This document shows, piece by piece, positions 41,348-55,111 of a stretch of 64,000 nucleotides of DNA. A program made the position numbers and the translations under genes. The notes below the pieces were generated by a model, which searched no databases, was not told the DNA's origin, and saw only the letters and a list, made by a program, of their open reading frames with translations. The DNA is from Laetmonice hystrix (Eukaryota): assembly GCA_965235115.1 (NCBI GenBank), contig OZ249436.1, forward strand, positions 1,366,001-1,430,000, read 5' to 3'. Numbering within the stretch: position 1 is the first letter of the stretch; the number at the start of each line of letters is the position of its first letter.

Positions 41348-41440
41348 CTTTCAGAAACCGTTGACAGAGTCCGACATGGGGTTCCTTGGTGTCAGTACTG
41401 TGTCGTCCCGTCACAGTTCAGTCACAGGTCAAGTCTTGGT
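41348..41440 (-). other. Candidate 5'-UTR exon of the TAXIMIN-like gene (5' boundary unknown)
   Basis: Strong donor AAG|gtgagc at 41347, upstream of the acceptor at 39710. Confidence 0.35.
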
Positions 41441-42542
41441 GTTGTCGATGTGAAGGTCGCCCTTCAGGAGACCTTTAAAAGTTACGTGCCATTTTTTCCG
41501 ACACACAGTTGTGAATTTTTCATTTGTTGTGACCAATTGAAACATATGGCACCAAGTATGGATGGCCGGGCAATTATGGACTCAACCAGGCCACTGGTCG
41601 TGAGAGCAGATGTATTAAAGTCATTACCCCAGCATGCCCATCAAATTGATTTCATACATGACATTTAAACGTGGCTGCCCTGTAAATTCACATTGAGGCG
41701 TGTTGCTCTCGATGTTCACTCGCTGGGAAAGCCCTAAATAACTCAGATATGTTTTATTGAATGCCTGATGCGTGAATTAGACATGTGCATATACGAATAA
41801 CGTAGGCCTAATCTTAAACTGTCAGTGATAATTTGATCTTCGCCGTCTCTCCCTATTATATACCGTCATTTATGTGATAGGCAGGCCGAGCTCAGGGTGT
41901 CTAGTATGCCCCTTTTGTATAACAATATACCCTGTATCAGTATATATATGTCTGAAAGTCCGGGCGCAGCTGAAGTGAATGGATTATGGTTGTGTATAAT
42001 CTCGTATCCCATAGATCCCACAAGGGTTCCAAGCGCAGACATCATGTTTTTCAAGGAACACTCAAAGGTATACACTCGTTACGTAAACCCGTCGACCTGA
42101 CTGCGAGCAGCGGAGTGTTGGGCCGAGCGCCGAGCCGGCCCCGAGTGGACCCCGAGTGGGCGCCGAGTGAGCTCCGAGCGGGTCCCGAGTGGTGGGGTGG
42201 GGGATTGGATTCCAGGTAGGTGACTAAAACAGACCACCGGGGTGCCTAGAAGTGCACCGAGTGCGCCCCAGTCCCACCGAGAGTTTCACGTCGACGGTTC
42301 GCACTCGACCGACTATAAAGTAATGTTGAAATATCCATGTGTATGATCACGATATTATTGAGGTACACAGTAGTGAACACAATTATAAAAAATATTAGAG
42401 ATGTTTAAATATTTTTAATTAGAAAGCCGGTTGCCGTTGTAGGGTCAGATAAAGAAAATTAATTCCTTCTATATGATTACCGTTTAATTAGCAATAATGA
42501 GATAGATATACCCATCAATCTTAAATTCCTGCAGAAATACAC

Positions 42543-42714
42543 CCTGGTTTTTAGTTTGGAAACCGAGTTTTAAGATTCAAATCTTAAGACTGAACTCATG
42601 TTCAGCTTCTGATTGGGTTTTCAAATGAAGTCAGCCAATGAGAGACCATAACACAAGTCAGTCTTAAAATTCCAGTCTTAAGATCGGTAAAATGACGAAA
42701 TAAAAACCGGCCCC
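42543..42714. mobile_element. Harbinger-like MITE (cttaaga-rich)
   Basis: Ends ccctggttttta / taaaaaccggccc; internal similarity to 1610-1680. Confidence 0.45.
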
Positions 42715-44050
42715 ATGACGCCTTGAACGTTGTACACAGCAAGATGCCCTGCCTTCATGGCTACGGGTCGGGATCCATGGGGGTTTCTCTACACCCCTAG
42801 CTACCTATAGCTGTCACCCCTCAGGGTTGAATACTTAGACTGGACCATGGGGGCCTCCATACCCCTACCCTATACCCCTCAGGGTGGAATACTTAGACTG
42901 CACCTCTCCGTCCAGGATGTGGTGCTCATCACCATCGTGCTTGGGTCCCGTTCCCTTCCTACCGTCAATCAAACTCTGGTATCGCTTGGCCTAATTCCCA
43001 CACTGTTATAACACATTTAACCCCGACACATAACCCCCACATTCTTACCCTCCCCGGGTACTGATGTTTTATCATGCTGCCAATAGACGTGCCTTGTCTT
43101 AAACTCGGGATCCTCCGGGTCTGCCCGGGACAGGGTGCGAACACCAACCACACCTTGACCCGCCCGTGAGCAGTAACGTCATTTGGTGAACTTTCCTCGA
43201 ACCAAACGGACCTGGTGTGGGTTTAGTGAAGGCACACATCTCGGCAACTGTTGACATTATTACTGGTCTGAGGTTAGACGTGCACGGATATACCGAGAGG
43301 TCAGTGACTTCATCTTATAACACAAGTTGACCAAGATCAAAACCTTTCAAATGTTTTAAGGATTATTATAGAGAAAGTATGTCGGAAAGCGTAGTTGTTC
43401 AATGGGTGATTCTCGTTCTGATCGATATCTCAACTAAAAACATTGGGGTGTAACTGTGCAATATTAGGAGAACAGAGTGAAGCGCTCACAAGGTGGGAAG
43501 TCAGGTTCATCACTGCTCAGTGCGAATGGGTCACAGTGTGTGCCACGATTAGTGTGTGCTATTCCTGAGCACGCACTACAACAATACGACGCCATGTTAC
43601 TCAATCAAATTACATAGAACGGAAATCTCCTGAGGCGTTTTTGTATTTCTGTTGTAACAATAATGTTAGCCAGGCCCCTTTGACGGCTTATAGTAGGGGT
43701 ATATCCACCCCGTGGCCACTTTTGTAGAGTCCTGAGATTAACGTAGAAATATAAAAAGGGAGCAAACAGAAAAAAAGGAAAACAAATGCCACAGGGAGCT
43801 CGGCCCCAGTGTTTATATGTATGCTAACTTGTATACATGAGGCGGGCAAAAACCTGGGCCAGACAAAAATATATAGTAATCTACAGAACCCTCTGGGCTA
43901 GAAATATAGTCTGACACGTTTAGTGGAAGTGAATTGTGTATACAGCTCTATTCACGTTTTTATCGTCGTTGAAAATTGTTTTGTGTCTGCTAGTACCTAC
44001 AGTACTAGTGAGCTATAAATATGTATACATGTATGCGGGGGCGAACGCCA

Positions 44051-44052
44051 TC

Positions 44053-44117
<65 letters not shown>

Positions 44118-44199
44118 CTATGTCCCTGTCGGTTTCTCTCTGTCTCTCTCCGCCTCTCTCTCTCTTTCTCTGTCTGTCTGTCTTTCTGTCTGTCCCCCG

Positions 44200-44290
<91 letters not shown>

Positions 44291-44308
44291 CTCCCCCTCG
44301 CTCTCTCT
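44051..44308. repeat. Compound (CT)n microsatellite
   Basis: Direct reading. Confidence 0.97.
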
Positions 44309-44611
44309 GTATTGTAACCATTTACACATGTAGGTAGCCTAGGCCTATAGCAACCAACAGAATAGTTCATCGGCTGAGGTTACTGTAGATGTTTAAATAT
44401 CACACAATACAATATTTCTTTGACCCTAGGTTACTCCACACGAGTCCATCCCTGCCCTCTCTGATCTACAGCCGAGCCTCATCGCCTCCTGGGTAACGAC
44501 TGACGCCAGCCACGTCGCGATTTCTTCCAACTCCGTCACTTTTTGTCCCTCATTCACGTGGAGATATCGTTGCCATCGCCGCGGCAGCAGGAGCGCCCCC
44601 TTGTGGACAGA

Positions 44612-45211
44612 ATGCGCGAGGCTGAGCGACGCCTTCGCAAGGAAAATGATGAGTACCTTGAGAAGATGAAGACGATCCTGACTGCCCCACGGAGGGGCGC
44701 CAGTAAGAGCTCCTACATGCCGGCTGAACTACTCGAGTTCCTCTACATCGGAAACATGGCCGAGGCTCGGAACCCACATCTGTTAAAACGTTTAAAGATT
44801 ACACACGTCTTAAACTGCGCCGGCGATCCTGACGAGGACTTCGATAGAAACAACCCGTATGACTTCGACAGGACCGGGGTGGTCGCCTACGAGGAGTTTC
44901 AAGCTCTGGACAATGATGGCTACCAGATGCTGAAACATTTCCGTAGGGCGCGTAGGTTTATTAACGAGGCTCGGGACAGCGGTGGGCGGGCACTAGTCCA
45001 TTGTCAGTTAGGGGTGAACCGTAGCGGATGTATCTGTATTGCTTACATCATGCTAGAACTCGGTATCACCCTCCTGGAGACCCTCCGGATGGTGAAACTC
45101 CACCGGCCAGTCATACTCTGTAATGAAGGCTTTCAGAAAGAACTTATAGATTTCGGTCGGGAACATGACCTCTTGTACAAGGAGGACACTCCCACGTTGT
45201 CCTTCACCTAA
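44612..45211 (+). CDS. Atypical dual-specificity protein phosphatase (DSPc domain only), ~199 aa, single coding exon
   Basis: Motifs FLYIG, ITHVLNC, acid-loop Asp (ALDN), P-loop VHCQLGVNRS (HCxxGxxRS), IAYIM, RPVILCNEGF. First ATG at 44612, in-frame stops upstream, acceptor ttctttgaccctag at 44429. Confidence 0.92.
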   Translation: MREAERRLRKENDEYLEKMKTILTAPRRGASKSSYMPAELLEFLYIGNMAEARNPHLLKRLKITHVLNCAGDPDEDFDRNNPYDFDRTGVVAYEEFQALDNDGYQMLKHFRRARRFINEARDSGGRALVHCQLGVNRSGCICIAYIMLELGITLLETLRMVKLHRPVILCNEGFQKELIDFGREHDLLYKEDTPTLSFT

Positions 45212-45455
45212 AACCTCCCGTCCATCCGACAGTAGTGGGTCTAGGGGGACTAAGGGGGGCTATACCCCCCTAAAGTCTGGCTTACATTACAAATAACATG
45301 AAGAGCCCCCTTGTCGAGCGTTGGGAGTAGCCCGATATGGTTATAGGCCCCCTCTTACCCCGATAAAAAAAAAGCTGTTGGATTCGCACATGAAATTGCT
45401 ATGGTCCACGGAGAATTTGGCAGAGAGAATGTACTGACATGCTCCAAAAGGGTAT

Positions 45456-45538
45456 AGTTATATTGTAAAGAACTACAGTTATATTGTAAAGAACTACAGT
45501 TATATTGTAAAGAACTACAGTTATATTGTAAAGAACTA
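45456..45538. repeat. 4 x 21-bp tandem repeat
   Basis: agttatattgtaaagaactac. Confidence 0.9.
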
Positions 45539-45997
45539 AGTCTAGGCATGGTTTTCAGACAGCCTGTATTTATTAATGCTCCCGAGGAGTATGATTACGT
45601 GGCCATGAGGTGGCCGGTAGTGAATAGAGCCGACCGTTGTCGCCGTAGCTCTAGGTGTATAGGATATGTACTCTACATGTGAAAGTTTATCAGATTATAT
45701 CTTTTAAACAGATGCGTGCTAATTGCTATGTCTAGATAATATCTATGCACATCAGGTTCAGGACTTATAAACGCTGCTCGAATGGCCTAGAGTGGTGTAC
45801 TACCTGGGACCATAGGGTGTAAATATGGAGAAGGGTATGGTTTACGTTTGTGATGGTGCCGCTGTGGTATGTTTAAAAATATTATCCTGCAGGGCCTAAA
45901 CATCTTGTTATTATTTGTAATTTTAGCTATCATATAGTGATGTATGCTAGTTCATCAGGAAATTATATACACATGCTGTTAGATGTGTGCATTGTTA

Positions 45998-46589
45998 CAA
46001 CCGCTAATGTAATAACGCCCACTATTGTAATAACTGGAGTGCTAGGGGGTACCGGGGAAGTACCACCAGAGTACCGGACAGGACCAGGGGAGCATTTTTA
46101 GGGTACCCTCTGAGTACCCTCTGGGTACCCCCTGGGTACCCAGAGGGTACCAACCGGGGGGTACCCGGGAAATACTACTGGAGTACCGGACAGGACCAGG
46201 TGAGCATTTTGGGGGTACCCTCTGAGTACCATGTGGTACTTCCCTGGTACCCCCTAGCACCCCAGTTATTACAATAGCGGTTGCGTTCGCCAGAATTCGC
46301 AACCGCTATTGTAATAAAACTTTGTTCAAGGGCTACCGACCAGATCGGTACCTAAGGGTACCCAGGGGTACCCAGATGGTACTCAGAGGGTACCCCCAAA
46401 ATGCTCACCTGGTCCTGTCCGGTACTCCAGTAGTATTTCCCTGGTACCCCCCCCCCCCCGGTTGGTACCCTCTGGGTACCCAGAGGGTACTCAGAGGGTA
46501 CCCCAAAAATGCTCCCCTGGTCCTGTCCGGTACTCTGGTGGTACTTCCCTGGTACCCCCCTAGCACCCCAGTTATTACAATAGCGGTTG
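45998..46589. mobile_element. Two oppositely oriented MITE copies forming a ~600-bp inverted repeat
   Basis: TIR caaccgctattgtaataa at four positions; internal accggacaggaccagg versus cctggtcctgtccggt; TA at the outer ends. Confidence 0.75.
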
Positions 46590-47088
46590 TAACAGTGCAT
46601 GCACTGGGCACAACGGTAAATATCGCTCCTTCACAATATAAGTGGTTATATTTTCACAAGGACTGACTGTTGTAGAAAGAAAGTTATGTAGGGAGCCCCC
46701 TAAAAAAAGGGGCAGTCGTCATTTATTAGAAATGTGTATGATAGAACAAGTACTGCGTGTTGGGTTGAAGATTTTATACTGTAGTACTATTTCTTGTAAA
46801 TAAATATCTATTATCCCAGTTCGTTTAACAAAGGAAATGGGATTTTAAAATGGTCTGGCTTCGTCTCCACGTTTCGTATTTCCTATTTCCCCTGTCAGGG
46901 AATTGTATAATATTGCGATGCTCCAGGCTACTCAGTATACCTTCGAAATCTGTCGTATACTGCAGATTCCAACCCTGCTCCCATTCTCAGTGTGTGTGTG
47001 TGTGTGGGGGGGGGGGGGGGTCCCTACTGTATAGCTATATTTGATACATGAAATATGTCGTGTATAGTATGCAGATTTCAATCCTGTT

Positions 47089-48708
47089 CCCATGTTATGT
47101 AAGTTTCCTCACCTAGAGCATTGTAACGTCCATAGCTATCCTTGATACGTGATATCCCATGTTATGTAAGTTTCCTCACCTATAGCATTCTAACGTCCAT
47201 AGCTATCCTTGATACGTGATAGCCCTTGTTATGTAAGTTTTTTCACCTAGCGTCCTAACGTCCATAGCTATCCTTGATACGTGATATCTCACGTTATGTA
47301 AGTTTCCTCACCCAGCATTCTAACGTCCATAGCTATCCTTGATACGTGATATCCCATGTTATGTAAGTTACCTCACCCAGCATTCTACGTCCATAGCTAT
47401 CCTTGATACGTGATATCCCATGTTATGTAAGTTACCTCACCCAGCATTCTACGTCCATAGCTATCCTTGATACGTGATATCCCATGTTATGTAAGTTACC
47501 TCACCCAGCATTCTAACGTCCATAGCTATCCTTGATACGTGATATCCCATGTTATGTAAGTTACCTCACCTAGCATTCTAACGTCCATAGCTATCCTTGA
47601 TACGTGATATCCCATGTTATGTAAGTTACCTCACCCAGCATTCTACGTCCATAGCTATCCTTGATACGTGATATCCCATGTTATGTAAGTTTCCTCACCT
47701 AGCATTCTAACGTCCATAGCTATCCTTGATACGTGATATCCCTTGTTATGTAAGTTACCTCACCCAGCATTCTAACGTCCATAGCTATCCTTGATACGTG
47801 ATATCCTATGTTATGTGAGTTACCTCACCCAGCATTCTGTGTCCATAGCTATCCTTGATACGTGATATCCCATGTTATGTAAGTTACCTCACCCAGCATT
47901 CTAACGTCCATAGCTATCCTTGATACGTGATATCCTATGTTATGTGAGTTACCTCACCCAGCATTCTGTGTCCATAGCTATCCTTGATACGTGATATCCC
48001 ATGTTATGTAAGTTTTCTCACCCAGCATTCTACGTCCATAGCTATCCTTGATACGTGATATCCCAGGTTATGTAAGTTTTCTCACCCAGCATTCTACGTC
48101 CATAGCTATCCTTGATACGTGATATCCCATGTTATGTAAGTTTCCTCACCTAGCATTCTAACGTCCATAGCTATCCTTGATACGTGATATCCCATGTTAT
48201 GTAAGTTTCCTCACCTAGCATTCTACGTCCATAGCTATCCTTGATACGTGATATCCTATGTTATGTGAGTTACCTCACCCAGCATTCTACGTCCATAGCT
48301 ATCCTTGATACGTGATATCCCATGTTATGTAAGTTACCTCACCCAGCATTCTGTGTCCATAACTATCCTTGATACGTGATATCTCATGTTATGTAAGTTA
48401 CCTCACCCAGCATTCTACGTCCATAGCTATCCTGGATACGTGATATCCCATGTTATGTAAGTTTCCTCACCTATAGCATTCTAACGTCCATAGCTATCCT
48501 TGATACGTGATATCCTATGTTATGTAAGTTTCCTCACCTAGCGTTCTAACGTCCATAGCTATCCTTGATACGTGATATCCCATGTTATGTAAGTTTCCTC
48601 ACCTAGCGTTCTAACGTCCATAGCTATCCTTGATACGTGATATCTCATGTTATGTAAGTTTCCTCACCTAGCGTTCTAACGTCCATAGCTATCCTTGATA
48701 CGTGATAT
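47089..48708. repeat. Minisatellite, 64-65-bp unit, ~25 copies
   Basis: cccatgttatgtaagtttcctcacctagcattctaacgtccatagctatccttgatacgtgatat. Confidence 0.97.
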
Positions 48709-49178
48709 CGTATATGTACGCTCGGGTTTGTACTTCTCCGCGATCAATGGGGTTCTCTGTGTGAGTATCGCATTCCACAGCCGTAATTCATTATGCAAGT
48801 TACAATGACGGTAATGGCAATGAGGACAGGGAGACATACTTTGTAGCCAGACAGACAGACACACATACAGACAGACAGACAGAGAGACAGACAGAGGCAG
48901 AGAGACACAGAAAGATGTAGAAAGAGAGAGCAAAAAGTATAGTTGCATAAAGTAGAGCATTCATCTTTATTTTCTTCTTCTTCTTCTTCTTTCCTTTTTG
49001 CGTTTAAAATCAATAAAGAAGAAAAAAAACAATCTGGTCTGGCGTCTGAGACACGAGAACCCATGGCACTGGTAGCCACCATTTGGCGCTATTCCACCGC
49101 GACCTCCGCCGCTGACGGAGACTATGGTTTGTATTACCACGTCACTTTACAATAATCTCATTGGGTATCATAACATCC

Positions 49179-52100
49179 TTACTAGTTTACCTTTATCATC
49201 AGATTAATGTTTGCATGCAATCATGGTTACTAGTTTACCTTTATCATCAGATTAATGTCTGCATGCAATCATGGTTACTAGTTTACCTTTATCATCAGAT
49301 TAATGTTTGCATGCAATCATGGTTACTAGTTTACCTTTATCATCAGATTAATGTTTGCATGCAATCATGGTTACTAGTTTACCTTTATCATCAGATTAAT
49401 GTTTGCATGCAATCATGGTTACTAGTTTACCTTTATCATCAGATTAATGTCTGCATGCAATCATGGTTACTAGTTTACCTTTATCATCAGATTAATGTTT
49501 GCATGCAATCATGGTTACTAGTTTACCTTTATCATCAGATTAATGTTTGCATGCAATCATGGTTACTAGTTTACCTTTATCATCTGATTAATGTTTGCAT
49601 GCAATCATGGTTACTAGTTTACCTTTATCATCTGATTAATGTTTGCATGCAATCATGGTTACTAGTTTACCTTTATCATCAGATTAATGTTTGCATGCAA
49701 TCATGGTTACTAGTTTACCTTTATCATCAGATTAATGTTTGCATGCAATCATGGTTACTAGTTTACCTTTATCATCTGATTAATGTTTGCATGCAATCAT
49801 GGTTACTAGTTTACCTTTATCATCTGATTAATGTTTGCATGCAATCATGGTTACTAGTTTACCTTTATCATCTGATTAATGTTTGCATGCAATCATGATT
49901 ACTAGTTTACCTTTATCATCTGATTAATGTTTGCATGCAATCATGGTTACTAGTTTACCTTTATCATCTGATTAACGTTTGCATGCAATCATGGTTACTA
50001 GTTTACCTTTATCATAGATCTGATTAATGTTTGCATGCAATCATGGTTACTAGTTTACCGTTATCATCTGATTAATGTTTGCATGCAATCATGGTTACTA
50101 GTTTACCGTTATCATCTGATTAATGTTTGCATGCAATCATGGTTACTAGTTTACCTTTATCATCTGATTAATGTTTGCATGCAATCATGGTTACTAGTTT
50201 ACCGTTATCTGATTAATGTTTGCATGCAATCATGGTTACTAGTTTACCTTTATCATCAGATTAATGTTTGCATGCAATCATGATTACTAGTTTACCTTTA
50301 TCATCTGATTAATGTTTGCATGCAATCATGGTTACTAGTTTACCTTCATCATCTGATTAATGTTTGCATGCAATCATGGTGACTAGTTTACCTTTATCAT
50401 CTGATTAATGTTTGCATGCAATCATGGTTACTAGTTTACCTTTATCATAGATCTGATTAATGTTTGCATGCAATCATGGTTACTATAGTTTACCTTTATC
50501 ATCTGATTAATGTTTGCATGCAATCATGGTTATTAGTTTACCTTTATCATCTGATTAATGTTTGCATGCAATCATGGTTACTAGTTTACCTTTATCATCT
50601 GATTAATGTTTGCATGCAATCATGGTGACTAGTTTGTAAACCTTTATCATCTGATTAATGTTTGCATGCAATCATGGTTACTAGTTTACCGTTATCATCT
50701 GATTAATGTTTGCATGCAATCATGGTTACTAGTTTACCGTTATCATCTGATTAATGTTTGCATGCAATCATGGTTACTAGTTTACCTTTATCATAGATCT
50801 GATTAATGTTTGCATGCAATCATGGTTACTAGTTTACCTTTATCATCTGATTAATGTTTGCATGCAATCATGGTTACTAGTTTACCTTTATCATAGATCT
50901 GATTAATGTTTGCATGCAATCATGGTTACTAGTTTGTAAACCTTTATCATCTGATTAATGTTTGCATGCAATCATGGTTACTAGTTTACCTTTATCATCT
51001 GATTAATGTTTGCATGCAATCATGGTTACTAGTTTACCTTTATCATCTGATTAATGTTTGCATGCAATCATGGTTACTAGTTTATCGTTATCATCTGATT
51101 AACGTTTGCATTCAATCATGGTTACTAGTTTACCTTTATCATCTGATTAACGTTTGCATGCAATCATGATTACTAGTTTACCTTTATCATCTGATTGCAT
51201 GCAATCATGGTTACTAGTTTACCGTTATCATCTGATTAATGTTTGCATGCAATCATGGTTACTAGTTTACCGTTATCTGATTAATGTTTGCATGCAATCA
51301 TGGTTACTAGTTTACCTTTATCATCTGATTAATGTTTGCATGCAATCATGGCTACTAGTTTATCGTTATCATCTGATTAATGTCTGCATGGAATCATGGT
51401 TACTAGTTTACCGTTATCATCTGATTAATGTTTGCATGCAATCATGGTTACTAGTTTGTAAACCTTTATCATCTGATTAATGTTTGCATGCAATCATGGT
51501 TACTAGTTTACCGTTATCATCTGATTAATGTCTGCATGCAATCATGGTTACTAGTTTACCGTTATCATCTGATTAATGTTTGCATGCAATCATGGTTACT
51601 AGTTTACCTTTATCATCTGATTAATGTTTGCATGCAATCATGGTTACTAGTTTACCTTCATCATCTGATTAATGTTTGCATGCAATCATGGTTACTAGTT
51701 TACCTTTATCATCTGATTAATGTTTGCATGCAATCATGATTACTAGTTTACCGTTATCATCTGATTAATGTTTGCATGCAATCATGGTTACTAGTTTACC
51801 TTTATCATCTGATTAATGTTTGCATGCAATCATGGTTACTATAGTTTACCTTTATCATCTGATTAATGTTTGCATGCAATCATGGTTACTAGTTTACCTT
51901 TATCATCTGATTAATGTTTGCATGCAATCATGATTACTAGTTTACCCTTATCATCTGATTAATGTTTGCATGCAATCATGATTACTAGTTTACCTTTAAC
52001 ATCTGATTAATGTTTGCATGCAGTCATGATTACTAGTTTACCCTTATCATCTGATTAATGTTTGCATGCAATCATGGTTACTATATTTTACCTTTATCAT

Positions 52101-52204
52101 CTGATTAATGTTTGCATGCAATCATGGTTACTAGTTTACCGTTATTATCTGATTAATGTTTGCATGCAATCATGGTTATTATAGTTTACCTTTATCATCT
52201 GATT
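49179..52204. repeat. Minisatellite, 48-bp unit, ~63 copies
   Basis: actagtttacctttatcatctgattaatgtttgcatgcaatcatggtt. Confidence 0.97.
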
Positions 52205-52293
52205 CGAAAGTGATTCTCAACTTCAAAGCATTTCACTTATTTATTTATCCTCCAAGTATAGCGATAGATAGCAAGATTATTCACGTAGAACGG

Positions 52294-53247
52294 TAGACCT
52301 GCCAAAACTCCCGCTTTGGCGGGAGAATTCCCGAATTTGGGGCTGTTTTGCCTTTTTCTCCCGATCTCTCGACTGATAGGTGACATCTCCCGCCACCATC
52401 ATCGTAACTTCCAGGGCTACAATCTCCCTGTCACCAAGGAGCTCCTGGTAAAAGTCAAGGAAGCTGAAAGCAGGAAAACTAACTTCTCTAAGGGTGAATT
52501 CGTATTCTGTATTAAAGGAAATCTGTCCGAAAATTGAAATAAACGCAGTCAATTCAACAAAACTTGAGTAAAAACAATTATTGTAAGGGGTTTCTAGCAG
52601 TCTGGTACCATGGCTCGTCCATATCGACAATAATTTTAATTAATTAATTAAGTGTTTACCTATTTGGCTAGAGACGAAAGCACGCGAATCAAATCATGCC
52701 CTTATTTGGATTATGGGGGAGGGCGGGCGGAGCTGTGCGAGGCAACGCTTGCGCCCAATCCCGTTGCTTAGTAACGACCGCCCTAACAATGCTAACGCGG
52801 CCATGGCGGTCGTTCTCGGTTCTCAGTCCATTGAGATGGACAATATGGGATGTTATCGTCTCATTATGGCTCATAATCAACAACAGACCTAGCACCACAA
52901 TGTTATGGATATGACAGAATGTTTTATCAGTCCAGTGGGATAGATTCAAGATCAGGTAAGCTTGAAATACGCGGATTCGTAAGAGATGGGGGACAAAACT
53001 CGGCGGCCGTAGGGTGATCGATTACCTTTAATCTGTATAACTCAGTGTAAATATAAAAGTTTTGCTATTCAAAGACCTTTGTATTTCTGTATTAATTTTC
53101 ATCTCCACCAAAATAAGTATACATCAATACGTGTATTTACAATACAAGTAATCACTGGTACGGTTTCACCGCGACCTATCTCCCTCATAAGATTACTTTA
53201 AGTGCGAGATTCTCCCGCTTGGTGGGCAAAACGAGCTGGCAGGTCTG
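52294..53247. mobile_element. Putative non-autonomous hAT-like element
   Basis: Ends tagacctgcca / tggcaggtctg with subterminal gcgggaga motifs; flanks share only tagaa. Confidence 0.45.
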
Positions 53248-53715
53248 TAGAAACTGTACATCAATCAAAAGACGACAACGGTAACCGCACCGTTTAACTT
53301 CAATGCGTATAGTTTAGGCGACAAGAAAGAGCAACTATATCTCATATATGTAAAAGTCCTTTTGCAAAATCACAGTGTCTGAACACTTCCAAGGAGATAC
53401 ATCTCTGATTGCCTTCACCATATCCACGATTATACAAGAGGGATATAGAAAATATTGTGTTAATATAATATCTGATCTTCCGCTGACACAGTGACACAAT
53501 GCGACATCGAATACAATCAAAAACCTCAAATCTATAGCATAACGTTCAAGATGCAAGGGCAGACCCAATATTTATTTTGTAAAATGGGTTCCAACTACTA
53601 TAGGCCTGTAATAGGAATAAAGATGGCCAAAAAGAGAGCGTTCCGCCTAAAAATGGAGTTCAACAGGAGTCGATTTAAGCAGCAGGATATGACCCCGACA
53701 GCCCTCAAGAAATAA

Positions 53716-54852
53716 CCATGGTGTGCCTGCCAGACTACCAGGTACACGTCGGGGTGTATGTGCCTGCCAGACTACCCGGTACACGTACACGTCATGGTGT
53801 GCCTGCCAGACTACCCGGTACACGTCGAGGTGTATGTGCCTGCCAGACTACCAGGTACACGTCGGGGTGTGCCTGCCAGACTACCCGGTACACGTCGAGG
53901 TGTGCCTGCCAGACTACCCGGTACACGTCGGGGTGTGCCTGCCAGACTACCCGGTACACGTACACGTCATGGTGTGCCTGCCAGACTACCCGGTACACGT
54001 ACACGTCATGGTGTGCCTGCCAGACTACCCGGTACACGTACACGTCGGGGTGTGCCTGCCAGACTACCCGGTACACGTACACGTCATGGTGTGCCTGCCA
54101 GACTACCCGGTACACGTACACGTCATGGTGTGCCTGCCAGACTACCCGGTACACGTACACGTCATGGTGTGCCTGCCAGACTACCCGGTACACGTAGGCT
54201 ACACGTCATGGTGTGCCTGCCAGACTACCCGGTACACGTCATGGTGTGCCTGCCAGACTACCCGGTACACGTACACGTCATGGTGTGCCTGCCAGACTAC
54301 CCGGTACACGTCATGGTGTGCCTGCCAGACTACCCGGTACACGTCGAGGTGTGCCTGCCAGACTACCCGGTACACGTACACGTCGGGGTGTGCCTGCCAG
54401 ACTACCCGGTACACGTACACGCCATGGTGTGCCTGCCAGACTACCCGGTACACGTACACGCCATGGTGTGCCTGCCAGACTACCCGGTACACGTACACGT
54501 CATGGTGTGCCTGCCAGACTACCCGGTACACGTACACGTCATGGTGTGCCTGCCAGACTACCCGGTACACGTACACGCCATAGTGTGCCTGCCAGACTAC
54601 CCGGTACACGTCGAGGTGTGCCTGCCAGACTACCCGGTACACGTCGGGGTGTGCCTGCCAGACTACCCGGTACACGTACACGTCATGGTGTGCCTGCCAG
54701 ACTACCCGGTACACGTACACGTCATGGTGTGCCTGCCAGACTACCCGGTACACGTACACGCCATAGTGTGCCTGCCAGACTACCCGGTACACGTCGAGGT
54801 GTGCCTGCCAGACTACCCGGTACACGTCGGGGTGTGCCTGCCAGACTACCCG
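53716..54852. repeat. Minisatellite, 33/39-bp unit, ~30 copies, overlapping the cGLR stop codon
   Basis: gtgtgcctgccagactacccggtacac(gtacac)gtcatg. Confidence 0.97.
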
Positions 54853-55111
54853 TTCTGTGTCTGGCCCTGGTTTTCCCGTGAGAAATGTGCCCTGTATATG
54901 TGATCGAGCGCGGTGCGCTGCCCTGTCCGGATGAGGCCGTTGAGGAGGGAGCCCGGACAGCGATGGTGTCCGTACCGGCGGGTCGTGTCCAGTACAGCCC
55001 GGAGAGGATTATCTGTCTGTAGTTTACAGTGTATCGTCCTGGCTGTGGGCCCCTGACAGCCACCAGCCACCGCCGGGAACCGCCATGCCAGGTCCGCCAG
55101 CAGCGCCGCCT
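54846..55111 (-). CDS. cGLR gene, probable terminal coding exon; spliced product ~874 aa
   Basis: Strong acceptor ttctgccgtttccccag|AG, GC-rich. Phase-1 join gives EAALLADLAWRFPAV...ENQGQTQNG*. Exon lengths 2216+143+266=2625 nt. Confidence 0.7.

Noticed and set aside
43936..44370. Poly-SL and poly-ER ORFs
   Set aside because: (CT)n microsatellite translations.
49161..51739. (MQSWLLVYLYHLINVC)n ORFs
   Set aside because: 48-bp repeat with scattered stops and frameshifting indels.
52277..52630. 117-aa minus ORF as a further cGLR exon
   Set aside because: Lies inside a putative hAT-like element, past a satisfactory stop, with no donor or motif support.
53718..54903. Repeat-derived ORFs up to 381 aa
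   Set aside because: Minisatellite translation, open in several frames.
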